From the IMG/VR virus record IMGVR_UViG_3300031576_000178, positions 1-38,090 of that record: DNA of 38,090 bases; one strand, given 5' to 3'. Source of the stretch: a virus. Lineage: Duplodnaviria > Caudoviricetes. Below the pieces are notes generated by a model. The model worked only from the letters and a program-made list of their open reading frames with translations. It did no database searches and had not been told where the DNA came from. This document shows, piece after piece, positions 8,079-18,600 of this stretch. Positions within the stretch are counted from its first letter, which is position 1. Every line of letters starts with the position of its first letter. The position numbers were made by a program, and so were the translations under genes.

Positions 8079-8672
8079 GATGGTGAAGATCACCGACCTG
8101 CTGGGCGCGTTTGTGGAGGTGCAGTTCCAGGCCGCCGAGTGGGAGCAGGAGTTCCAGGCGATATTTTTTGGGCCGCTGGCGCTGGCCCAGCAGGTGCAGG
8201 CGTTCCTGGCGGCCGATGATGAGACGAGGGAGTCGCTTCGCTTAGAGCTGCCCCCTCACGAAATGGCGCAGATGCGTGACCACGCCGGCCGGTTGGCCAG
8301 CGTGGTCAACCCGCCCCTTCGTGTGAGGGGGCAGAGCGACACAGGAGTTCCACCCTATGTACCCTAATCTCTTCCGCCGAGGGGGCACCGGCCAACAGCG
8401 CAACGTCAACACGCGCGCTACAGCTTTACCGGCCTTTCGCCAGCCCTCCACCAACCCCCGACTCTTCCCGGCTGTGTCGCCCAGACCCCTGGTGGCGCGC
8501 GCCCCCTCACAGCCGAGCGCGCCGAGGGGGCAGGCGTTTGGATCGAGGGGGCAGGACGCGGCCGCTATCCCACGCTACGAGGGGGCAGGGGTCGCTCCGC
8601 TTAGCGGTGCGCTGAGCGAGCCTGGATTTGGTGTGAGGGGGCAGAGCTACGCGTACGCGGATCGAGGGGGCA
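8053..8672. repeat. Cluster of GAGGGGGCA motifs: 7 forward, 2 exact reverse, 1 near-exact reverse
   Basis: Forward at 8325, 8379, 8524, 8545, 8579, 8635, 8664; reverse at 8053, 8249 and (8/9) 8500. Confidence 0.85.
8080..8367 (+). CDS. Hypothetical protein
   Basis: Starts 1 nt after the portal stop. Confidence 0.6.
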   Translation: MVKITDLLGAFVEVQFQAAEWEQEFQAIFFGPLALAQQVQAFLAADDETRESLRLELPPHEMAQMRDHAGRLASVVNPPLRVRGQSDTGVPPYVP

Positions 8673-8860
8673 CGGGCGCGGAGCCGCTGTCACCGTATGC
8701 CCTTCAGCCACTCCAACGGCGAGGCGGCTTTCTCGGCTACCCCCCGCGACCGAGTGGGGGATACCCCCCGATCGGCCTCCCGGCCTTCCAGTCCGGGGGC
8801 TTTGATCCATTTCGCCTCATCCATCGCCAAGTGACAGGAGGTTACTATGCCGCCTATTAG
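8357..8860 (+). CDS. Low-complexity Pro/Gly/Arg-rich hypothetical protein
   Basis: AGGAG RBS, overlapping start; atypical codon usage; largely built of DNA repeats. Confidence 0.5.
   Translation: MYPNLFRRGGTGQQRNVNTRATALPAFRQPSTNPRLFPAVSPRPLVARAPSQPSAPRGQAFGSRGQDAAAIPRYEGAGVAPLSGALSEPGFGVRGQSYAYADRGGTGAEPLSPYALQPLQRRGGFLGYPPRPSGGYPPIGLPAFQSGGFDPFRLIHRQVTGGYYAAY
8739..8761 (+). repeat. REP-like palindrome, internally deleted copy
   Basis: ACCCCCCGC-GACCG-AGTGGGGGA. Confidence 0.65.
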
Positions 8861-9632
8861 GCGCCCGCCGCGGCAAGGCTCGCCGCCCACCCCCACCCCC
8901 ACACGCCAGGGCCAGCAGAACCAGGGGCAGACGCCGCCGACCGTCACCCGATTCCCGGGGCGGGGCGGGGTGGGCGGCGGGACGGTCGCCATCCCGCCCT
9001 ACCCCCCGCGACCGGGGCGCGGAGCGCCCCCGGTCAGTGGGGGCTACCCCCCGCCCCCCGCGCAGTTGCCGGCCGGCTTCTCACTCTCGGGGGTGAACGC
9101 GCCCAGGGTGAGTCCGTGGGCGGGCTTTCCGAAATTCATTGAAAACGCGGCCGCATTTTTCTCCAATCTCGGCAAAGGAGTTCCCTACGATCCCAGCTAT
9201 GGGATCGGTGGGCCACCTGTCCCCGGTGTGCCAGGCTATGGCAAAATCTTGCCGGGTGTTCAATTGCCAGGATTACAGAGCGCCAGGCCCATTAAGGGGA
9301 CTTATCTTTTGGAACATCCACCCGATTACCTGCGGGACCCAAATACGCTCCGGTTCTCACCGCTGACGGCCGCCCAACTGAGAGCGCGCGAACGCAACCG
9401 CGCCAACCTGGTGCGGCAGAGCGGGACGTGGGGAACGGGGGGGGAATTGCTCGAAGTGGGGCCGCTCTACGAGGCGGCCTTCACGCCCGAGGCGCCGGAC
9501 ATCCCGGCCTACACCGGGGGCGGGGGCTATGACGACTACGGCGGCGGGGGCGGCGGGGGCGGGGGCGGGTATGACTACCCCGACCGCGAGCTGCCGCCCT
9601 GGATGTACGGCCTGCTGAACTGGCGCTTCTAG
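8847..9632 (+). CDS. Pro/Gly-rich disordered protein, possible internal virion protein
   Basis: AGGAGG RBS; poly-Gly/Tyr tail; ends 5 nt before the giant gene. Confidence 0.65.
   Translation: MPPIRRPPRQGSPPTPTPTRQGQQNQGQTPPTVTRFPGRGGVGGGTVAIPPYPPRPGRGAPPVSGGYPPPPAQLPAGFSLSGVNAPRVSPWAGFPKFIENAAAFFSNLGKGVPYDPSYGIGGPPVPGVPGYGKILPGVQLPGLQSARPIKGTYLLEHPPDYLRDPNTLRFSPLTAAQLRARERNRANLVRQSGTWGTGGELLEVGPLYEAAFTPEAPDIPAYTGGGGYDDYGGGGGGGGGGYDYPDRELPPWMYGLLNWRF
9001..9044 (+). repeat. REP-like palindrome, copy A
   Basis: ACCCCCCGC-GACCGGGGCGCGGAGCGCCCCCGGTC-AGTGGGGGC. Confidence 0.85.
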
Positions 9633-9637
9633 AGTCC

Positions 9638-12600
9638 ATGCCCAAACGCCTCCCCCAACCCCCCCGCCCGGGACCGGTGGCCCCGCCGCTGGCGGCCCCC
9701 ACAGAGCGGGGCGCGGAGCGCCCCCGGTCGCAGGGGGGGGCCGGAAGCGCCGCCCGCCCTCCGCGCTCATCGGCGCCCATCCGGCCGGCGCAAATCCGGC
9801 CCCGCATTCCGCTCACCCCGCCCACCTCGCAGGGCGACTTCGGGCCGCCGCAAGCCCTGACCCCCGAACAGCGCGCGCAGTTCTATCAACCGGGCGGCCC
9901 CGGCCAGCAGTATCAGGGCGTGGACCAACCCCGCCCGCAATCCTACGCCCTGCGCGAGGGCGACGTGGCCCCGGTGCGCCTGGTCGTCCGGCGCGGGCAG
10001 GGGCAGACGGTCATCGTCGAGGCCGGCACGAAGCTGACGCAAGACGCCTTGCGGGCAGCCCAAGCGGGCAACGAGTGGTCGAGCTACTTCGGCGGGGTCG
10101 CGCCGCCCTCCCCCTTGCGGCCGCGGAAGCCCCGGCTGGGGGCGCTGGGCTATCAAGCGCCCGTGCCGGGCCAGCAATTTGGCCTGCCCGAAGGCGACCC
10201 CAACAAAACCATGCGCGGCAAGTTCGCGCAGTTTCTGGGCTCGCCCCTGGGCGCCGCCAGCCAGATCGGGATAGGGGCGCTCCCCGGCGTGATGGTGGGC
10301 GCGTCGCTGGGCGGGCCGGTCGGGGCGCTGGCGGGCGGCCTGCTCACGGGCGGGGTCACGGCCGGCGGCCTGGCGTATCAGCGCTATCTGCAATCCGCCT
10401 ATGGCCTGGCGGAGGCGCAGAAGAAGTTTGACGAATCCGTCTTCGGTCAGTTTGGAAAAGTATTGGACGCGCCCCGGCAGTGGCTGGAGCAGGGGATCGG
10501 CGTCGGGACGCAGGCGGTGGAAGACCCGACCGAGGTCTTCCAGAATTTAGGCGCGGCCTGGGAGGCGGCCCGGCTGACGTATGTGTCGGCGCCGATTGAT
10601 CCGCGCGTCCTGGACCCGGCGCGCTGGTGGGCGGGCGACCTGAAGAACCCCATCGACTTCAGCACCAATCGGACCTTCGTCGATTACGATTTGCCCGAGA
10701 CGACGGGCGGGGTGGCGGCGTTGGTGGAAGCACGTAAGCGCATCGCCGCGGGCGAAAGCGCCGCCCAGGTCTTCGCCGAAATCCAGGGGCGCTACGGCGC
10801 GCCCGGCCAGATCCGCGAACTGCTGTCGGGGTTCCTGCTCGACCCGCTCAACTTCGCCGAGGGGGCGCAGGGCCTGGCCCTGCGCGGCCTGGCCCGGGCC
10901 GCGCACGCGGACGACCTGGCGCTGGCCACCCGGCTGGCGCGCGGGACGGGCCCACTCTCGCGCTTCACCCAGGGCGGGCTGATCGACACCGCCCAGGCCT
11001 ATCGCAATATCAAGCTCACGAAGCTCATGCGCGAGGGCTTCACCGACGCGCGCCACCTGTCCTGGTTCCAGCGCGCGCTGATCGGCCCGGAGATGGTCGG
11101 CATCCTGCGGGGCGAGTATCACCCGCCCCAACCGTGGGAGCTGTGGCGGCTGACCCCGGAGAGCCAGGCGCGCGAGCAGGTGGTGCAGGCCAACAATTAC
11201 GTGCAGGCCCACGTGCTCAGCCGACTGCCGAACGACGAGACCATCGCCGCCCGGGCGGCGGAGCTCTTGCAGGGGATGAAGACGGCCCGGCTGGACGAGA
11301 ACGTGGAGCGGCTCGACCCGGCGGCGCGGGCCATGCTGAGCCTCGAGGGCCAGGTGGTGCAGCGCTCGCTGCGCCACGGCGGCGACGTGGAGTTGAATCT
11401 ATTGACGGGTTGGCAGGACATGACCAGCGCGCGCGCGCTGCTGGCCGACGTGGCCGCCAAACTCGGCGACACCCCGACCGGCATTATCAAGCGGGCGACC
11501 GACGGCGAGGCTGGCAAGCTGCTGCGACTCTATGGCCAGGCCGGTGGACAGGTGGCCAAGGGCGTGACGGCCAAGAGCTTCGAACAGTCCATGCGCGCCT
11601 TCGCCGAGGGCGCGCCGTACAACCCCGAGATGTTCAAAGCGGCGCTGCTGTCGGGGCTGCTCGAACAATCGGGCAAGTGGGCGGCGGATTTCTTTAAGAT
11701 CAAGGCGCCCGGGTTCCTGGAACAGCTGGCCGGGGTGGTCAAGGCCGCGCAGAGCGCGGTCCTGCTGGGCCTCAACCCGGGCTACCTGGTCAACAATTTC
11801 CTGGGCAACCAGGTCACGATGCTGGCGCGCGGCGCGTGGGGGTTTCAAAACCTAAACACGCTGCGCGAGGAGATGGGGCGCTTCGGCCTGGCGCCGGCGC
11901 GCATGATCGAAGGCGTGTCGCCCGCCGACGAGGCGGCCACGCTCAGCGCGCAACAGCGGTACACCACCCTCGTCCAGGCGCATGAAGCCGGGCTGCGTCC
12001 CATTCAAGAGGCCCGCACCCCGGCCTCCCCGTTGGAGAACCTGCGCCAACACGCCAGCCGCCTGGCCCAGATGACGCCCTTTCTGAAGGCCTCGCAGGCC
12101 GTCGAGCGGCACGCCAGCGCCAACGCCTTCGGCGCCGGCTTTCGGCAGATGTGGGAGCGGGCCTGGCGGCGCGGCGTGGGTTTCGAGCGCCTGCCCGCGG
12201 AGCTGGAGCAAGCCCTGGCCGGGGTCGATCCGCGCCTGCCCGATTTCATCTACGCGGCGGCCGAGGCCGGCTACACCCCGCAAGACATTAGCGCCCGGGT
12301 GCTGGAGCGCGCGCCGCGCCCGGTGGTGCAGGAGTTCTACACCCAGGTGGCGCGCACCCTGGGCCTCGACGACGAGCGGCTGCGCTCACTGCTGGAGTCG
12401 GGCGGCCTGGGTCCGGCGCTCAACGCGCGGCTGGCCCAACTCCCCGACAACGCCACCCGTCAGGACGTGCGCCAGGTCTTCCAGGAGGTGCGCGTGCAGG
12501 CCGAGCAGTTCATGGCCGAGCAAGAGGCCGCCTATGCCCAGGCCCAACTCGACTACGTCGCCCAGGCGGCGGGCGGAAACGAGCTGGGGCTGACCGATGC

Positions 12601-15600
12601 CGGCGCGCTCCTGGAGACCTTCGACCAACTCACCACCCGCCAGGCCGAGAGCTTCATCAGCCACAAGCGCCTGCTCGAAGAAGTGTGGGACGACTGGCTA
12701 GGCGGGCGCATCACGCGCGACGAGCAACTGGCGCGCATGAAGGACGCCGGCGACAAGCTCTACCGGCAGGGGCTGTTTGTGGAGCAGCAGGCCACCGCCG
12801 ACGGGCTGGCGGCCGGGATGAAGACGGCCGGCCTGCCCCTCGACCCGGGCTTCCCCGCCGCGCAGCGCACCATCCACGATCTGACCGGCGACTTCCACGC
12901 GCAGCGTGAGCAGGTCTACCGCGAGTTCTTCCGCCGCCCGAAGAATGAACGCACGCCGGAATTGTGGGCGGCCACCCAGCAGCAGGTCGACGACGCCTAC
13001 CGCAACTTCATCGGCCATCGCGGGCAGCTCCAAGAGTCGATGGACGCCTATCTGGCGGCCGCCTACGAGCGGCGCTTTCCCGCCAGCGGGGAGCGGGTGC
13101 GCGCCTGGCGCGACGGGGTCCGCACGCACGAGGCCGCGTACGAAGACGCGGTCCTGAAACAGTTCACCGACGCGCGCGCGCTCCCTGACCCAGTCGCCCG
13201 GAATCAATTGTGGCGCGCCTTCGACGACCGCATGATCCAGCAGCGCCTGGCCTGGACGCGCGAGGCGATCGCCGCCCGGAAAGCGATCTGGGAGACGGTG
13301 CCCGGCCCGCAGGCCCTACAGAACGGGACCGCGATCGCGCAGGGAGCCGCGCCAGCGCCCATGTCCGCAGACATTTCGACTCTCCCCACGCCCCAGGCCG
13401 CTGACGAATTACAACGCCAGGCGACCGCCGGCGCGCAACTGGCCGAGGCCCAATCCGACCAGGCCCTGACGGCCGAGTACTTCGCGCTCGACCGGGACTA
13501 CACCCGACTGGGCGGGGAGGCGCCGCCGGAACTGGTGGCCCGCTTCCGCGATGTGCAGCAACGGTTCAATGATCGTTTCCCTGAAGCCCCACCCACGCGC
13601 GCGACTCCGCCCGAAGCCCAGAGCGCCGTCACCTGGAACCTGAGCCGCAAGCGGGTCGAGATCGGAGGCGAGCCGACCCCGGAGCAGCAGGACCTGCTGA
13701 AGAGCCTGGGCTGGCGGCAGGAGAAGGCCACCGGGGCGTGGTATAAGCGCGGCGACTTCGCCAGCGAGGGGCGGCGCGTGATGGGTGAGGCAGCCCTGCG
13801 GCCGTTTGAGCAGAAGCGCCTGGAGCGTCTGCGGGCCGGGCGGCTGCCCCTCGCCCCGGCCGCGCCGCCGCCCGAGGCCCTGACCCCGGCGGGCGCGATC
13901 CGCCTCCCCCGCCGTGAGCTGCCGCCCGCACTCTCGCAGGCGCTGGAGATGCAGGCGCGTGAGATGCTGCGCCAGGTGGCGGAGGGCGAGGCCGGGCAGC
14001 GGGTGTTCGTGCGGGACGAGGCGGGGTATCTCACCGGCGACGTGCTGGCCGCCCCTTCCACCTATCCCGATTGGTATGGCGCCCTGAACGCGCGGCGCGA
14101 GACCATCGTGAACGCGCTCCAGAAGATCGTGAAGGACGCCGGCGCCGACGTGGACCGGGCGGGCCAGGCGATCCTGCGCCGGCTGAAACAAGCCATCCTG
14201 GACGAACTGGCCAAGACCGATCCGCTGACGGGCCGCCCGCCGGAGCCGGAGGTGTTGCGCTTCCTGGGCCGTAGTTCAGCCGAGATCGACGCGGCCCGCG
14301 CCGCCTGGCGGGTGGCTCAGGCCGAGCCCTTCGTCCAGCCCTTTCTCGACTCACTCACCGAACAGGGCGGCCTCAGCCGGGCGCAGTTCGTCGAACGCCT
14401 GGGGCGCGAGTTTGAGAACGTCACCCCGGAGCAGGCGCGGGCCGTGGTGGCCATCACCGACGCCCGCGCGCAGGCCTGGGCGCGCCAGACCGGGCGCGAT
14501 CCGGAGCAGTGGTACGCCGCGCATCTGGCCGATGTGCGCACCGCCGGTGAGGCGGGCGATCTCTTCCAGCTCGCGACGCCCGAGCAGGTGCAGGCGCGCT
14601 TGGCCCGGGCGCGCACACAGTTGGGCGAGAGCGGCATTGCGCAGTTTGGAGGGATTCCGCTCAGCTTCATCGCCGATCCGCACACACGAGCGCTGGTCGA
14701 GGAATACCGGAGCGCCGCGCTCGACCAGCGCTTCCTCGAGGCCTACGGACGAGCGTTCAACCTGGGCGACCAGGGGCAGATCGCGCGTCTCCTGGCCGGG
14801 GAGGCCGCCGAGTTCCAGGCTCGCCCGGATGGCGCGTTCGATATCGTGCTCGGGGATCGCGCGGTGGCGAACGCGCCCAGCCTCGACGAGGCGCGCCGGA
14901 TGGTGCAGGAGCTGAACGTCAAGAACTATACGCCGCGCCTCTATCAGACCGGACCCGAGGCCTACCGCGTCTTCCGCGAGAGCGGGCCGGACGGCGTGCG
15001 CTATTACCTGCACGACGCCCAAACCAACCGGCGCATCCAGGGACCCTTTGAGTCGTCCGAGCAGGCCCGGGCCCGCATTGAGGAGCTGGTCGCCTTCGCC
15101 GAGCGCGGGTTCTACCAGGGGGAGGGGATGAAGAAAGGGAGCGTCGAGTTCCTGGAAGACGGCCGCGCCATCGTGCGCGCCTTTGAGACGGCGGACGTCT
15201 CGACTCTCGTGCATGAACTGGGCCACGTCTTCCGGCGCGACCTGCCGGCGGATGACCTGGCCCGAGCGGAGATTCATTACGGGGTAGAAAATGGTGAGTG
15301 GCAGGTCGGGCCCGAGGAGCAGTTTGCCCGCGATTTTGAGCGGTATCTGGCCACCGCCGACGCCCCAACGCCCCAACTGCGCGGAGTCTTCGAGCGTCTG
15401 CGCGCCTGGCTAACCGAAATCTATCGCTCCGTCCGGGACTTCCTGACCCGACCCAGCGACGAGACGACCGCTATCTTTGATCGGCTCTTGCGCGTGGACG
15501 ACGCGACCGAGGGCGCCGGCAACTTTGCGTTGACCCCGCGCACCGAGGGCCGGGTGCTGTATCAGGCGAACGATGGCAGCCTGGTGGTGCGATCCGGTGA

Positions 15601-18600
15601 CGAGGTGCAACGCCTGCCCCCGGCCAGCGCTGAGCCGCCGCTCCTGCCGCCGGGCGTGCTGGCTGACGATGGCGCGATGCCCACGCCGGTGGCCGCCGCG
15701 CAGTCCGAGACGTATTGGCGCCAGTTACGGCCGGCCCTGGCCGAGCTGCAACGCGCTATCGAAGCGGATGTCCAAACCGGAAGAGTCAAAGGCCAGGCCC
15801 TGGACCCCGACCAGCGCCAGGCGGTGACCCATTACCTGCAACGGGTGGGCGACCAGATGGGGGAGGCCAAGTTGCTGGCCCTGAAGTGGGGCGAGTACAA
15901 ACGCGACGCGGCGCTCCTCAATTACAGCCGCCGCTATATGCTCGACACCTATTTGGGGATGGTGGCGCCCTACGAATTCTTCGCGACTCACTCGATGATG
16001 AAGTGGGCGTTGCACTCCCTCCAAACGCCGGCGCTGCTGGCGCATTACTATCGGATCAAGCGCTTCCTGGAGACGAACGTGCAGAAGCCCGGCTTCCCCT
16101 CGCGCCTGATGGGACGGGTGAAAATCCCGCTCCCCTGGCTGCCGGAGTGGATGGGCGGCGGGGTGTGGGTGGACCCGCTCAAGCTGGGCCTGCCCCTTGA
16201 AACCTTCGGCGCGCCGTGGGAGCAATACGCCCAGTCTCAGACCCGGCTTGAGAGTCGGGTGCAGCGAGAACTGGAGAAGCAGCTCGAGGCCGGGCAGATC
16301 ACCCAGGCCGACTATGACCAGGCCGTGGCCAGCTACCAGCCCGGGATGCTGGAGCAGGCGACGGGGCAGGGCGGCAACGAACTCTGGAACCGCACCACCC
16401 AGAGCGTGATGGCCGCCGACCCCAGCCAGCGCTTCGACGGCGCGGATTTTGCCACGATGCTCTACTCGCCCAGCCTGCCGCTCAAATGGGCCTATGAAGT
16501 CCTGCGCGGCACGCCCGAACGGATCGGCCCGCTGCCGGTCACGCGCGATGTCAAGAACCTGACGGCGGCCCTGGGCCTGGGCGGGGCGGGCGGCCTGAAC
16601 CTGGAGGCGGGCGTGCGGCGCGCGCTCGCGTTGCCGGTCTTCGACCAGTGGGCGGACTACCGCATCGACCGCGAGCTGGCCAACATGGCCGCTGAAGGAT
16701 TGCTCACCGCTGAACAAGCCAAGGCCGCCATGATCGAACGCAGCGGCGCGGCCTTCGATGAAGCGCAGCGACGCGAGGCCCAGCAAGGCGGGGCCGACCC
16801 GAACGTGCAAGTGTTGGGCCGACTCTTCGGCGGCGCCGGGGTGTATCCGGAGGGCGAAGAGCGCCAGCGCCAATTGGCGCTCCTGAACCGTGCGGCCTGG
16901 CAGGCTCAGGACAATGGCGATGTGGACGCCCTGAACGAATTCATGGAGGCCTACCCCGAATACGAGGCGCGCCTGGCGCTGAAGAACGATCCGGACGAGC
17001 GCCTGCAAAACTTTCTCGTCGATCAGGTGTGGGCCGGCTACAACGCCCTGCCGACTCTCTATCGGCGCGCGGTGCAGGATCAGTTTGGGCCGGAGTTCCA
17101 GCAGGCGTTCCTGGAAAAAGAGACGCGCAGCTACCGCTCTATCCCGCCCGAAACCCTGGCGGCCTGGGCGCGCACGTTGGGGCGCTACGTGCCGGGCAAC
17201 CTGGAGGCCGAGCCGCTGCGGCTCGACCTGGCGCCGGAGCCGGTGGCGCGCGAGGCCGAAGAGTATTACGACCGGCGTGCGCGGGCCTTTGAGATGGAGC
17301 GGGTGCGCGCCCTGCAAACCGCCTACTTCCAAATCCCCGAGCACGCCCGGGCCACGGCCACGCCGATGCCGGCGGACGTCGAGGCCTATTACACCGCGCG
17401 GGATCGACTCTTCCCTGACATTGTCGAGCTGCTGGACGCCTACGGCAACCTGCCGAAGAACACCAAGCCGGCGGAGCGTGACCGGCTCTTCCCCGGGATT
17501 GGGCAGAAACTGGATGCCTACTTCGCACTGCCGGCGCGCTCGCGCGAACGCAAAGCCTTCCGCGAGACGAACCCGGACGTGGCGGCCTATTGGGAATGGG
17601 AGAAACAATTCGACGCCGAGCACCCGGAGGCGGCGTTGCGCAAACAGTTCCGCGAGCGCTTCCCCGTCATCGAGCAGTATTTCACCTGGCAGGAGGCCTG
17701 GCGGGCCGGGCATCCGGACGTGGGGAGGTACCTGGACGAGACCCACGTCAGCGCGCGCACAGCCTTCCTGCAAGCCAATGCGGAACTGAATGACTATTGG
17801 GACTTCCGCCGCGCGTGGATGGAGAGCCACCCGGTCACGGCCAGCTATCTGACTGAGCAAACGCCCGACGGCGTCGGCGAGAACCGCCAGTATGAGGCCA
17901 CCGCGGATCGGCGCGGGGTCGAGATTTACGCCAGCCCGGAGATGCACTGGCTGGTGAGCGCGCACCTGTTTGCGGGCGCGGCGTTGCCGGCGCGCGTGCG
18001 CGGCGAACTGGAGCGGCAATGGGAGGCGCAGGGGAGGCCGGCGGGCGGCTTCGACCGCTGGCTGTTGAACGTGATGGCCTTCGGCGGTGAGCTGGGACCA
18101 GCCGGGTATTTGAACATGGGGCAGGGCGGCTATCAATATCCAGGGACGCCCGGCCCGGCGCCCTCCCCCGGCGGCGCGCCGAGCGCGTCGCGGGGGGTCC
18201 GTGGGGGCCACCCCCGTGCGTCCGGGCCGCCGGCGGCGATCCCGGCGCCCGATCCCTACGCCACGCGCCCGGTGTCCAGTGTGGGCGGGATCGGTCAGTG
18301 GCGAGAGATGGCGGCGCAATATGGCCAGCAGCATGGCGTCCCGCCCGAATATATCCTGGCGCTGATCCTGGCGGAAAGCGGTGGGCGCGCCGATGCCGTC
18401 GGCGACGGCGGCCACAGCGTGGGGTTGTTCCAACTGCACGATCGCGGCGTGGGCACTGGCTACACGGTGGAGCAGCGCCAAGACCCGCGCCTGCAATTCG
18501 AGCTGATGATGCCGCGCATCGCGCGGGCGTATCAGCAGGGCCTGGCGCGCGGGTTGTCGGGGGCCCCCCTGGCCGTCTATGTGGGCCGGGAAGCGGAGCG

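Noticed and set aside
8321-8672. CRISPR mini-array
   Set aside because: Repeats are only 9-17 nt, irregularly spaced, and there are no cas genes
9515-9570. G-quadruplex-like G runs
   Set aside because: Explained by poly-Gly codons in a GC-rich gene
15725-18496. 923-aa minus-strand ORF and other long antisense ORFs (4768-6294, 26842-28572, 25274-26611, 37034-37963)
   Set aside because: Shadow frames of GC3-biased real genes; no recognisable motifs
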